Shown: positions 46,572-56,434 of the stretch, one piece after another | Layout: each line of letters starts with the position of its first letter | Numbering within the stretch: the stretch's first letter is position 1 | Virus record (IMG/VR): IMGVR_UViG_3300027851_000013 | Strand: one strand, 5' to 3' | Length of the DNA stretch: 64,000 nucleotides | From: an uncultured virus (IMG/VR IMGVR_UViG_3300027851_000013) | Lineage: Duplodnaviria; Heunggongvirae; Uroviricota; Caudoviricetes | Notes under the pieces: model-generated | Seen by the model: only the letters and a program-made list of their open reading frames with translations | Databases searched by the model: none | Told to the model about the DNA's origin: nothing | Translations under genes and position numbers: made by a program

Positions 46572-47139
46572 AATGTACCAAGAAGGAAGACTGGGGCCTA
46601 TATCTCCACGATATAGACTTGGGGAGATGCACGTTCTTTCTGGGTCTTTTAACCCTCTGCATGATGCCCACCGTTGGATGTACGAATCCATTGACGAGGA
46701 CAACTTCGTTGTTCAGAACTACGGTAGAGAGGGATATGCTGTTGCTGCCACTACCTCAGATAAGTTCTTCGAGATTTCTGTGAGAAGAGTGGGGAAAGAG
46801 GATCTAGATTCCTCTGAGCTGTTAAAAAGACTGACTCAATTCAACGGGTACTCTAAGGTCCTGGTCACTGATAGTCCTCTTTTCTCTGATAAATACGAAT
46901 ATCTTCGACCACATGCAGAGAAGGTCATTTTCCACATAGGGTACGATACGTACGCTAGACTTGTTGCCATGAGTAGCCTGCAGGAAGTCGGGGAATTAGG
47001 TTGTTTATTCTGTGTTTGGCCACGAGAAGGTCAGTCCTTTACCAAAGGACCTAAAAACTGCTATCCTTCTCCCCTTGAGCTTCCTGCTCATTTGTATGGC
47101 ATGAGTAGTACAAAAATACGAGCCTCTAGAGGGGAGTGA
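46555..47139 (+). CDS. HxGH-type nucleotidyltransferase (NMN/NaMN adenylyltransferase-like)
   Basis: SGSFNPLHDAH, FEIS, P.F.DK, IGYDT, MSSTKIR. Confidence 0.78.
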   Translation: MSDFPKMYQEGRLGPISPRYRLGEMHVLSGSFNPLHDAHRWMYESIDEDNFVVQNYGREGYAVAATTSDKFFEISVRRVGKEDLDSSELLKRLTQFNGYSKVLVTDSPLFSDKYEYLRPHAEKVIFHIGYDTYARLVAMSSLQEVGELGCLFCVWPREGQSFTKGPKNCYPSPLELPAHLYGMSSTKIRASRGE

Positions 47140-47155
47140 ACCCTGGTCATATTAG
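47138..47155 (+). promoter_or_regulatory. putative phage promoter motif (copy 5)
   Basis: GAACCCTGGTCATATTAG before an AGGAGG RBS. Confidence 0.6.
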
Positions 47156-47172
47156 AATAGAAGGAGGTCGCC

Positions 47173-47982
47173 ATGCGACAACTAATTCTATTCTTGACTG
47201 TTTTCTACAGCTCCTTCGGAGCGGCCCAAACCATTGATCCCTCTGTTGTGGCAGAGGCTCGGGCGTACTTCATTCGTGGTCAGTCTGCTTACGCTGAAGA
47301 GCGTTGGGAGGACTGTGCCCGTAATTTTGAACACAGCTTCAGAGCTGTATTCGCTCCGGAGCTTCTCTACAACATTGGTCTGTGCTACGAGAAGGCATCC
47401 AATTTGTCTTCTGACGAGGACGCTCTTCCTTTGATGGAGAGGGCTGTCGCTGCCTACACCAGATACCTGAGAGAACTTCCTGAAGCACAGGATGCGGTTC
47501 AGGTTCGAGTTTCCCTAGAGGACCTTCGTCTGATGATCTCGCGAGTGAGAAATCAGCAGGAGGCGGAAACACAAGAGGATCCTCCTCCTCTTTCTGAGGA
47601 AATCGAAGCGGAGGATTCTCCTCCATACGTCGAAAGCTACCTAGAGCTTCCCGCTCTAGTCGTGTCCGCACCACGCCCTAGCTTTGGATATAAGTTGACC
47701 GTTTCTGGTGCTTCTCTTACTGTAGCCTCTTTTGTGGCAGCCCTTGCCACCGGATTGCGCTCCAGGGGTATGTTCCGTGATCTTGCGTCTTCTTGCGGCC
47801 AAACTTCTGAGGGTTGTAGCTCTGAGGATATTTCCAGGGTTGCTCGACTTAGGCGTACCTCCAGCATTTTCTACGCAGTATCCGGTGCCTTCATGGCGGC
47901 TACGGGCGTAGGATTTGGTCTGGAGTTCAATCGAGAGTCGCGAGAGGTGGGAGCCTTCGTCAATCTGGCTCGGTCTTTTTGA
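47173..47982 (+). CDS. exported TPR protein with C-terminal hydrophobic segments
   Basis: Signal peptide; AR.YF.RG...Y....W..., PELLYNIGLCYE, A..AY.RYL. Confidence 0.78.
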   Translation: MRQLILFLTVFYSSFGAAQTIDPSVVAEARAYFIRGQSAYAEERWEDCARNFEHSFRAVFAPELLYNIGLCYEKASNLSSDEDALPLMERAVAAYTRYLRELPEAQDAVQVRVSLEDLRLMISRVRNQQEAETQEDPPPLSEEIEAEDSPPYVESYLELPALVVSAPRPSFGYKLTVSGASLTVASFVAALATGLRSRGMFRDLASSCGQTSEGCSSEDISRVARLRRTSSIFYAVSGAFMAATGVGFGLEFNRESREVGAFVNLARSF

Positions 47983-48214
47983 CATCCTCTGGCGCTACGA
48001 ATTCTTCTACAAGAGCCGGAGCGCCAGAAAGCCGGATTCCCCACGCAAGGTGAGCGTCACACACCTTGAAGGAGTCTCCGGACTTGGATGCTTTTAGTTT
48101 CCACGACACGCTCATAGAGCACGGAGATCCGTCTTCTTCCTTAAAGAAGCACAGGTCTACCGTTTTCATTCTTCTATGGGGTCTGCGTGCGGGTTTGAGT
48201 ACAGGCTTTGTCAT
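47960..48214 (-). CDS. hypothetical protein
   Basis: Fills the gap on the minus strand; C..C...CDAH. Confidence 0.4.
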   Translation of the reverse strand: MTKPVLKPARRPHRRMKTVDLCFFKEEDGSPCSMSVSWKLKASKSGDSFKVCDAHLAWGIRLSGAPALVEEFVAPEDVKKTEPD

Positions 48215-48230
48215 TTAGGATTTACTCCCT

Positions 48231-49484
48231 ATGTCAGTAGATAACGAGAAGTCTAACATTCGTCACATGGTCAACTCGTTTCGAGGGTGGCCATTCTACA
48301 GCTCTGTCTTCAACCCGCTAACTGGACTTATTGTGAGAGAGGTGGAGGAGGTAGACCCTCACGACAGTAGGGGTTACGGCCTGGCGTCTGTCTACTCCAA
48401 AACACAGGACCGTAAAGAGTGGGACGCAATAAGAGATGAGTGGAACCTCAAATACGGAACCACTTTAAAGTACGACGATCGTGAGTTTCATCGGGTCTCT
48501 TACCTTCGCTCTGACCGAGCGTTTTCTCCAGTTCCTGAGACAATTGATATCAAGGTAAGTGACTGGTGCTCACATGGGTGTAAATACTGCTACATGGACT
48601 CCACAAAAAAGGGAGAGCACGCACCTAAGGATTTGCTAGTCAAGATCTTCGAGGGGTTGGATTATCCTCCGTACCAAATCGCTTTTGGTGGAGGCGAGCC
48701 AACAGCACACCCTGATTTCCCCTGGTTTCTCAAGTACACACGGGAACAGGGAACTGTTCCAAACTACACCACTGCGGGATTTATCTTCCGAGAGGATGTC
48801 ATTGACGCCACCAATAAGTATTGCGGTGGGGTGGCTCTTACTTACCACGCCTTTAAAGGCCCTGATTATTTCAAGGAAATTCATGATAAGTGGCGGAAAG
48901 CGTTGGCTCCCCGTGTGCAGCTCAACGTGCACGTTCTTTTTGATGACGATGTAGCTAAGTCCATTTGCGACCTTATTCGAGTAGGCCTTCGGGATTTAAA
49001 CATCGTACTTCTTGCTTACTACCCTGAGGTAGGTAGATCGTCTGTGCAGGGGTCTCCTTCAAAGAAGACTTACGCGGAAGAATTTCCTGCCGTACTGAAC
49101 GATATGACCAAAGCAAGATACCGTATAGCCTTCTCTGAGGGGCTCCTTCCTTACTTCTTGAGCCACGAGTTTCCAGAGGTGGACGTGAGATTTGCTTCCC
49201 AGCAGGAAGGCTTATTTTCGTGTTACGTGGATGACCATGGAAGAGTTTCCCATTCGTCTTTCTCTCCTCCAACAGAGGAAGACCCCTCCATCTACACAAC
49301 TCGATTTCAAGAGTTGTGGGAAAAACTTCCCTCAACTCCTTACTATAGAACTGCTCCTTCTGTATGCGGAGAATGTAAACACGAACTTCAGTGTAACGTT
49401 CCTCATCCAATTCACTTCATGTCGTGCGCTTATGCTAAGCATAACTCGGGCCACTTAGGGAAACTACGACTTCCCTTAGCCTGA
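48231..49484 (+). CDS. radical SAM protein (SPASM-like C-terminus)
   Basis: CSHGCKYC, GGGEPT.HP, C-terminal C..C.....C. Confidence 0.9.
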   Translation: MSVDNEKSNIRHMVNSFRGWPFYSSVFNPLTGLIVREVEEVDPHDSRGYGLASVYSKTQDRKEWDAIRDEWNLKYGTTLKYDDREFHRVSYLRSDRAFSPVPETIDIKVSDWCSHGCKYCYMDSTKKGEHAPKDLLVKIFEGLDYPPYQIAFGGGEPTAHPDFPWFLKYTREQGTVPNYTTAGFIFREDVIDATNKYCGGVALTYHAFKGPDYFKEIHDKWRKALAPRVQLNVHVLFDDDVAKSICDLIRVGLRDLNIVLLAYYPEVGRSSVQGSPSKKTYAEEFPAVLNDMTKARYRIAFSEGLLPYFLSHEFPEVDVRFASQQEGLFSCYVDDHGRVSHSSFSPPTEEDPSIYTTRFQELWEKLPSTPYYRTAPSVCGECKHELQCNVPHPIHFMSCAYAKHNSGHLGKLRLPLA

Positions 49485-49500
49485 ACCCTGTACATACTGT
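49483..49500 (+). promoter_or_regulatory. putative phage promoter motif (copy 6)
   Basis: GAACCCTGTACATACTGT. Confidence 0.6.
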
Positions 49501-49517
49501 AGGTCAGGAGAACTACG

Positions 49518-49904
49518 ATGATTCGATCCTTTTCTAATCTAGACGATCTCTTCTCTGCGATGGATGCTGATCGTGGTCATGCAGATTTGAAGGTTGAGCC
49601 CTGGCAAGAAAACCTAAAGCCCGGAGATTTTTTTCTTCGGATCGTAGATGGCGTGTACATCTATGGAGAGGTTCTGGACCCTGCTCTTCCTACCTGGGAG
49701 AATGCTTCTGAGGAAGACCTGGAAGAGTTGAGAGAATCGGCGGAGCTGTATAAAGAAGACCACATGAAGCACTTCAGGTTTTGTCGTTGCTTCTCCCGGT
49801 ACTGTCCAGAGGGCGAGCTGGGAGACGTTCATGTGAGTACTGTCTCCTTGTTTCTGCACTCCGATGACTTTGCTGCAGCCAAGGAAAGTAATTGGTTGTT
49901 GTGA
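49518..49904 (+). CDS. hypothetical protein
   Basis: AGGAG RBS; FS..CPEGELGD.H. Confidence 0.6.
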   Translation: MIRSFSNLDDLFSAMDADRGHADLKVEPWQENLKPGDFFLRIVDGVYIYGEVLDPALPTWENASEEDLEELRESAELYKEDHMKHFRFCRCFSRYCPEGELGDVHVSTVSLFLHSDDFAAAKESNWLL

Positions 49905-50868
49905 GGCACGAAGTGCAGAAGCAGTCGGCGGACGCCCCCACTACTCTTGAAGGCAAGAAAATGGGCCAATCCATCATTTCCAAGCGGGTCGTTAAAATCT
50001 TAGCGTCTGTGTTCGGCGGAGGAGTGCTCCTCTTCTTCGCTATGGGCTTGTGGAGGCTTATTCCGTCGTGTGGGGCCTCTTTTGAGAGATCCCGTCGAGC
50101 TGAGGTACAAGACGCCGTTGAGGAGTGTGTTGAGGCGTGCGTTGCTCGCAACGGGAAACCTTCGTTCGACCCTATCGCTAAGTACGTCTCAGAGGTTAAC
50201 TGCCTGTGTGAGATGTTCTGATCAGACGACAGAGACGTAGACTAGGTTCATTGTGAACGACGTCTGATAACTGTAAAGAGATTTAACTTGGCCTACACCA
50301 TATCTCCTGGATTTTCGTTTGAACTCCCGATCTTTTCACACGGTGAAATCAAGGGGTCCATACTATTGAAGGAGTCCAACGGGCTGTTGTCAGTTGTGGC
50401 TACTGTGAAGGAGGATATCTGTCGAGTTGTAGAAAGAGACGGAACAACATCCGTTTGCTTGAAGCTTTCTGCCTATGAGACAAAGCAACTGGCTGCCAGT
50501 TTAGACAGTTCCATTGGAAAGATTCTTACCCCAGGTGAACAGCTCGCTGCACTTTTAGACGCTCACCCAAACGATCTAAATCATGTGGCTACTTTGTTGG
50601 GCTTGAAGCCTCGTGTAGTTAGCAGAGGGGAAGACATCAATGGCAGTTACTGACAAACTTTCTCAGGAGCAGTTGGATAAGTTGCTTCTTGCGGTCGAGA
50701 AGTGGCGCGAGTGGGCAGGCGCGGAGGGTGGTTGTCCGCATCACACCGACTATGCTGCTTACTGTCGTGCCTGCGAGTGGGATGAAAACGTAAATGAGGC
50801 GTTGTGGTGGGCCTCTGCTCCACTTGAGAAGCCATCCACGGTAGCATCCACGGTAGCAGGAGACCACA

Positions 50869-51606
50869 ATGGGATGTGACATTCATTGCCACGTTGAAGT
50901 TCGTACTGAAGATGGATGGCAGCATGTGTGGCCTCCACTCGTAGCGGAGACGGAGGACGTTGAAGCCTGTCCTGAGGAGTACGTCAATTTTCCTGGGACA
51001 ATAGTCTCTTCTTACGAGGAGTACCAAAAGGTAGCCGCTCCCTGGGACCACCCTCTACGGATTCGCCGTAACTACAACTTGTTCGCTATCTTTGCTGATG
51101 TTAGAAATGGCATCGGGTTTGCTGGGACCAAGACTGGCGAAGGGTTCAACATCATTGCTGAACCGCGTGGTATTCCTGATGATGCTAGTATAGAGACGGC
51201 GTGGGACATACAGTACTGGGAGGGGGACGCCCACAGCCATTCTTGGCTTACCCTCAAGGACCTTCTAGACTTCGACTGGGATCAGACTACCAGCCATGTC
51301 GGAGTCGTGTCTCCACGGGAGTTCGTTCATTGGAAGGAACATGGAGTTCCGTCTTACTGGTCTGCAGACGTATCGGGGCTCACCGTCCTAGAGATCTCTA
51401 ATGAAGAAATGGAAGCCCATCTTGCTTCTGGTGGTGGCTCGACCAACGAAGCTGGACTCTTCTTGTACACCACTGTTACGTGGGAATCCAAGTACCGAGA
51501 CAGTGTAGGGTCTCATTTCTTTGATGTGACGATTCACGCCCTGAAGCAGTTGGGCGACCCCGAAGAAGCAGAAGACGTTCGTCTCGTATTCTTTTTCGAC
51601 AACTGA
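50869..51606 (+). CDS. conserved phage protein (MGCDIH family)
   Basis: MGCDIH, RNY.LFA..ADVRN, PRGIP.D, HSHSWLT, RLVFFFDN. Confidence 0.75.
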   Translation: MGCDIHCHVEVRTEDGWQHVWPPLVAETEDVEACPEEYVNFPGTIVSSYEEYQKVAAPWDHPLRIRRNYNLFAIFADVRNGIGFAGTKTGEGFNIIAEPRGIPDDASIETAWDIQYWEGDAHSHSWLTLKDLLDFDWDQTTSHVGVVSPREFVHWKEHGVPSYWSADVSGLTVLEISNEEMEAHLASGGGSTNEAGLFLYTTVTWESKYRDSVGSHFFDVTIHALKQLGDPEEAEDVRLVFFFDN

Positions 51607-51798
51607 TATGGACAGTAACGAACGACTTCGTCTCTACAATGCAGTATGGGCGTGGAGACAACTTGCTATTAACAGATATCGACCAGCTCCCAGGTTTGAA
51701 AGCATTTTCAGTCCTCCTGGGTCTGGCTACCACGACTCTAGCTACCGTTACGCCGTGGAAGTGGCGTATGGCGACCAGTTCCGTTCAAAACTAAACAG

Positions 51799-52641
51799 TT
51801 AGAGCTGTCCCAGCTTTCGTTCCATATAAGGAAGTCCAAGATCGTCTGCTTTTTGTTTGATGGCACGCAAGATTCCCGTCTTGCCGATGTAAAACACTGC
51901 CAGTGTGTGCTGGGACTTCCTCTTCTTTCCTGGAAGGCGTACTCGAACCTCACGAAGGTAGGCATGCCGATATTTGTGATTCTCAGATGCAAACCTTCTG
52001 TGTAAGAACTCTTGCATCAGATTGAAATTAGAGAGCCACGACGCGTGCCCTACAACGATCAATCTATGCGTGTGAATTCCGGTACAGTGAACGCAACCAT
52101 CACCATCAATGAATCCAACTATCAAGGAGAATAGTAGATCATCGGTCAAGCCCGTCAGGTCGCAAGGCTCATAAGTCTTCCTGCTAGAAATGTTGAACTT
52201 GGCCCGAAGTTTTCTGACTACATCCACGTTAGTGAGTTTCACTCGGTACTGGTCTTGCTCAAGTTCCTGAATCTTGTTTGTGGATCCCACGAAAGAGAGG
52301 AACCTATTCAGGTGGTCAAGGTCCTTTTCTGCCACCCCTAACTGAATCCTTCGGTCGGTGAATCCCCCGTCCGCCATGAGGAAACCCAGCCAATAGTAGG
52401 TGACAGGGTTGTCGTGAAGCAGAATAGACAGGTCTGCCTTCTTCTTAGCAAAACTCTCATGCCTCAAACCGAGAACGAACGCCTTCTTTTTTATAGCTTC
52501 CCACTTGCGACCTTGTAAGCCTTCTATCATTTCTTTTTCTGGTAGCTTGCCATAATTGGCTCGCAGCCAGTCAAGTTCATCTGACGTCCATTTCAAATAT
52601 ATTCTCTTTGACACAAAGTCTCCTTGAGTGTATATGTACAC
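51799..52641 (-). CDS. free-standing LAGLIDADG homing endonuclease
   Basis: YYWLGFLMADG and IVGFIDGDGC; N-terminal WT.DE...L HTH-like segment. Confidence 0.88.
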   Translation of the reverse strand: MYIYTQGDFVSKRIYLKWTSDELDWLRANYGKLPEKEMIEGLQGRKWEAIKKKAFVLGLRHESFAKKKADLSILLHDNPVTYYWLGFLMADGGFTDRRIQLGVAEKDLDHLNRFLSFVGSTNKIQELEQDQYRVKLTNVDVVRKLRAKFNISSRKTYEPCDLTGLTDDLLFSLIVGFIDGDGCVHCTGIHTHRLIVVGHASWLSNFNLMQEFLHRRFASENHKYRHAYLREVRVRLPGKKRKSQHTLAVFYIGKTGILRAIKQKADDLGLPYMERKLGQL

Positions 52642-52669
52642 TACAAAGAGTAGTTCTGTAAACTAGAAA

Positions 52670-53485
52670 GTGAGAAAAACTCCAATGCCTATGAAGATTG
52701 AACTTCTGATAATAGACCCGCAGAAGGACTTCTGTGACCCCAACGGAAGTCTGTTTGTGCCAGGAGCGCAGGAAGACGTTAAGAGGTTGGCCTCTTTGGT
52801 TTCCCGTCTAAAGGGAAAGCTCAACGACATTCATGTCACTTTAGATTCTCACCGAAAGGTGGACATCAGTCATCCTATCTGGTGGAAGAATTCGAGCGGG
52901 TCTCACCCGTCTCCGTTCACTATGATTACGGCGGCGGACGTTGAGAGCGGCACGTGGACCACATCTCAGCCTAGCGCCTACAAGCGTTCCTTGGCCTATC
53001 TGCGTGCCCTGGAAGCCAGCGGTAGGTATCCTCACGTTATTTGGCCTTACCACTGCCTCATCGGTGACGAGGGTCATTCTGTGGCATCCGAACTTTCGGC
53101 GGCTATTCATGAGTGGGAAGATCGTTACGCCATGTGTGACTTCGTCACCAAGGGAAGTAACCCCTGGACCGAGCACTTCAGCGCTGTGATGGCTGAGGTT
53201 CCTGACCCTGAGGACGAGAGCACTCAGGTCAACGCACGTTTCATCGAAACGTTGGAGTCGGCAGACGTCATTTTGGTTGCGGGCGAAGCCCTTTCGCACT
53301 GTCTTGCCAATACCGTGAGAGACATCGTCACTCACTTTTCGGATCCCAAGTACGTAGAGAAGATTCACCTCCTCACGGATGCGTCGTCGAACGTTCCTAC
53401 GTTCGAGAAGTATGGCGAAGACTTCGTTCGTGACATGGTTGCTAAGGGAATGAAGGTCACCACGACCACAGATTTCTTGGCCTGA
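52670..53485 (+). CDS. pncA: nicotinamidase / isochorismatase-family hydrolase
   Basis: IIDPQKDFC...G.L.V.GA, DSH, WPYHC, KG, GEALSHCL. Confidence 0.8.
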   Translation: MRKTPMPMKIELLIIDPQKDFCDPNGSLFVPGAQEDVKRLASLVSRLKGKLNDIHVTLDSHRKVDISHPIWWKNSSGSHPSPFTMITAADVESGTWTTSQPSAYKRSLAYLRALEASGRYPHVIWPYHCLIGDEGHSVASELSAAIHEWEDRYAMCDFVTKGSNPWTEHFSAVMAEVPDPEDESTQVNARFIETLESADVILVAGEALSHCLANTVRDIVTHFSDPKYVEKIHLLTDASSNVPTFEKYGEDFVRDMVAKGMKVTTTTDFLA

Positions 53486-53500
53486 CGGTTAGGTTGACCC

Positions 53501-54058
53501 ATGAGACCCATTGTTCAAGATAGCTACTTGTCTCGCGATATCTTTCCTATCTTGGAGCAGGAGGTTCCATGGGTAAACAGGTCGTCTCCTAGAGACGAAT
53601 GTTTTATGGCACTCGAATCTGCTCCTCAGGTGTACAGTTATGGGAACTCCAACGAGCACCGAAAGGCTCTACACACCTACACGGCAGTTCCCATGCATGA
53701 AGAGGTTCGTAGGATAGCCGAAAACCTCAATAAAGATTTCGAGTGCTCGTACAACGTTTGCGTGTTGAACTACTACAAGGATCAGCACCAGCATCTAGGA
53801 TGGCACGCTGACGACTCTCCGGAACAGGACCTAGACCACCCGATTGCAGTGATTGCTTTCGGGGCGTCTAGGTACTTTTGGTGGAAACCTCGTACACAAA
53901 AAGGTGAGATACCGGAAGACCAGAAGATTCTTATGAAACCTGGAGACTTGGTAATTATGCCTGGAGGATTTCAGGCTGACCACCTCCACCGCATTCCTAA
54001 GCATTCTGAATCTTGTGGCGGAAGAATTTCTCTTACTTTTCGTAAGTTAGTACGATGA
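53501..54058 (+). CDS. AlkB-family 2OG-Fe(II) dioxygenase
   Basis: LNYY....HLGWHADD...H.IPK...RISLTFR. Confidence 0.9.
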   Translation: MRPIVQDSYLSRDIFPILEQEVPWVNRSSPRDECFMALESAPQVYSYGNSNEHRKALHTYTAVPMHEEVRRIAENLNKDFECSYNVCVLNYYKDQHQHLGWHADDSPEQDLDHPIAVIAFGASRYFWWKPRTQKGEIPEDQKILMKPGDLVIMPGGFQADHLHRIPKHSESCGGRISLTFRKLVR

Positions 54059-54636
54059 CAAAATCCATCCCCTATCACGAAGATACGGCATACTCCAGGG
54101 CCGTCACCGCAGCGAACCTAGCGGGGTACAAGGAACTCCCCTATAGGTCTTCTGACGGATATACTGCTGTACTGGACGCATTCAAGAAAGAGGCACTTGA
54201 TTTCGTTCCTTGCCCAGACGGAAAAGACCCCTACGAAGAGGGGTGGGGACATCTTAAGGGCCTCATAGATAGGATTTTCCCACTTCAGCTCGTCGGGGAC
54301 TGTCTTCGGACCATGAGTAGGTCAGCACACCCTTTTCACGAATCTTATCTGTGGGGTGCTTCTGAAGAAGACGAAGGAGACGAAGTTCCGAACCTGGTTC
54401 CGTTGGTAAGGTTTCGTACTCTTCATCACTACGGACATTATGCTTTGTTTAAGCCTAGTGTAGCTGAGGTTCTTGCACAGATACCCTTCGAGTATGTGAC
54501 CAAGACCGACTTCTTCTACTTAGAAGGTCCTGATACTGCAGACGATCTGAACAAAGAATTGTTGGCATTGGATGCAGGATTTCATGTGGCTATGTGTACT
54601 CTTTACTCTGAACCTTCAAAGTGCAGGAATTCCTGA
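54055..54636 (+). CDS. hypothetical protein
   Basis: H.YG...LFKPSVAEVLAQIP motif. Confidence 0.6.
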   Translation: MTKSIPYHEDTAYSRAVTAANLAGYKELPYRSSDGYTAVLDAFKKEALDFVPCPDGKDPYEEGWGHLKGLIDRIFPLQLVGDCLRTMSRSAHPFHESYLWGASEEDEGDEVPNLVPLVRFRTLHHYGHYALFKPSVAEVLAQIPFEYVTKTDFFYLEGPDTADDLNKELLALDAGFHVAMCTLYSEPSKCRNS

Positions 54637-54827
54637 TCAATGACTACTAAAGAGGACACTATCGAAGAGATATCAGACATGTTGGATAGCCTATCAACAG
54701 CCGAATCGTTGAGGATCTTCCGTAAGCTGAATACAGGAGATCTGCTTACTCTAAGCATTGCTATCCGCAAGTACGGCGATGAGAGAGAACAGACTACTAA
54801 GGAACTCCTGCAGGGGGATCACGAGCT

Positions 54828-55184
54828 ATGAGCTACGACATTGAATTAGTAGATCCTGTAAGCAGGTCTGTTTTGAAGTTGGAGCACGCCCACCATATGC
54901 ACGGGGGAACCTATGCTATGGGAGGGACTAACGAACTTCACTTGAATATAACCTACAACTATTCCAAGCATTTCTATCGTGTGATGGGAGAACTTGGAAT
55001 TCGGTCTCTCTACGGACTGTCTGGGGCGGACAGCATTCCGCTACTGGAACAAGCAATTGCTAACCTGAAGGACGAGGTCTCAGAAGACTACTGGGAGCCT
55101 ACAGAAGGGAACGCGAAGAGATCTTTGATTCAACTTCTCACTATGGCTAAGCTGAGACCTGACGGAGTCTGGAGAGGAGACTGA
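54828..55184 (+). CDS. conserved phage hypothetical protein
   Basis: MSYDI...GGTY..GG....LNITYNY...RPDGVW.GD. Confidence 0.65.
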   Translation: MSYDIELVDPVSRSVLKLEHAHHMHGGTYAMGGTNELHLNITYNYSKHFYRVMGELGIRSLYGLSGADSIPLLEQAIANLKDEVSEDYWEPTEGNAKRSLIQLLTMAKLRPDGVWRGD

Positions 55185-55185
55185 C

Positions 55186-55821
55186 ATGATCCGTAAAATT
55201 ACTCCTCCCGCTTCATCTTACGAAGAAGCACCAGTTTTCCCTACGTGCTCCCAAGTACGAGGAAGATTGGTGACTAGAGTATTTGACTTGGATGAGGACG
55301 TTGGGACGGATTGCGAAGCATGGATCCCCGACGGGGACTTCCTGTTCAATTTTGAGATAAAGAATGTTAGAATCGAGCATTCTAAACTGCTGATTTTAGA
55401 CCCTGTAGACAATCGTCTTTCCTCCTGTTCCATGTGGGATCCTGTGTTTGGAGGAGCTTTTGGCGCTCCCGCCCTAGGAATCAAGGTTCCCTCTGGAATC
55501 CTGCATTGGGTCTTCTTTGAGGATACCTCAGTTCAAGGAACAGGTCAGGGTCTTACTGCCAACATTGAAAATGTTCAAGTTGACAACCAGACGTTGGTCC
55601 TTCCCTCTGCCTACATGGACAGGCTAGATGAGCTTAAGTACTCCAAGCGTCCTTTTTCTGTATCTTTCTTGGAAGAGCATCTCATTGATTTCATAGACAG
55701 GGAAGTAGGATATTCCGAACTACGGAATAAGTTCGTGATCAACCTAAACTTTCATCGAGTTACTGTGCAACTGTTTGAAGGAGACCACAGGGAAGTAGGT
55801 CCCTGGCAGTCGTGGAAGTGA
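55186..55821 (+). CDS. hypothetical protein
   Basis: Packed ORF. Confidence 0.5.
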   Translation: MIRKITPPASSYEEAPVFPTCSQVRGRLVTRVFDLDEDVGTDCEAWIPDGDFLFNFEIKNVRIEHSKLLILDPVDNRLSSCSMWDPVFGGAFGAPALGIKVPSGILHWVFFEDTSVQGTGQGLTANIENVQVDNQTLVLPSAYMDRLDELKYSKRPFSVSFLEEHLIDFIDREVGYSELRNKFVINLNFHRVTVQLFEGDHREVGPWQSWK

Positions 55822-55828
55822 GAAGAAA

Positions 55829-56413
55829 ATGGAAGACAACAAGTCAGAGAAGTTCAGCGTAGATATCTCCTTGAACCGAGAGGAGATCCTGGACCAAGTA
55901 GTATGTGTTTTGGTCAGGTCCCTTGCGGAAGGTAAGGTAGAACGAAGTAGTGGATACTACGATCCTGACGGAGACTGGGTTGATACCGACATCAAGGTAT
56001 CTCCTGGAGGTACGTTTGAGCAGACCCTGCGAAACCGCGTGTCCACTATGTTGGACAAAAGGCTGGCGGAGGTTTTGAACGAGAGCCTCAAGTCTCAGTT
56101 ACGTGATATGGTAAAGTCTCGTCTGGAAGAGATTGCTGAGAAGGGTTTGCCCGAGTTCGACCGATACGGAGAGATGCGCTTCACGCCTTGGTCTAAGGCG
56201 GTTGCTGTTGCGCTGGAGGGTCTCACTAAGAAGTCTTCCTCCTACGATGACCCGAAAATCTCTACAATAGCTAAGGATGCCTTCAGGGAAAAGATCACTA
56301 AGGTACTGGAAGAAGAGAGTACAAAAATCAAAGCTACTATTCGAGCCGCTGTAGATGAACAGCTTTCTGGTACTGTGATCAAAACGTTGCGCGACGCCAT
56401 TGGCCTTCGCTGA
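55829..56413 (+). CDS. hypothetical helical protein
   Basis: Packed ORF. Confidence 0.55.
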   Translation: MEDNKSEKFSVDISLNREEILDQVVCVLVRSLAEGKVERSSGYYDPDGDWVDTDIKVSPGGTFEQTLRNRVSTMLDKRLAEVLNESLKSQLRDMVKSRLEEIAEKGLPEFDRYGEMRFTPWSKAVAVALEGLTKKSSSYDDPKISTIAKDAFREKITKVLEEESTKIKATIRAAVDEQLSGTVIKTLRDAIGLR

Positions 56414-56434
56414 AAAGTGTAAAGGAGTCTTACC

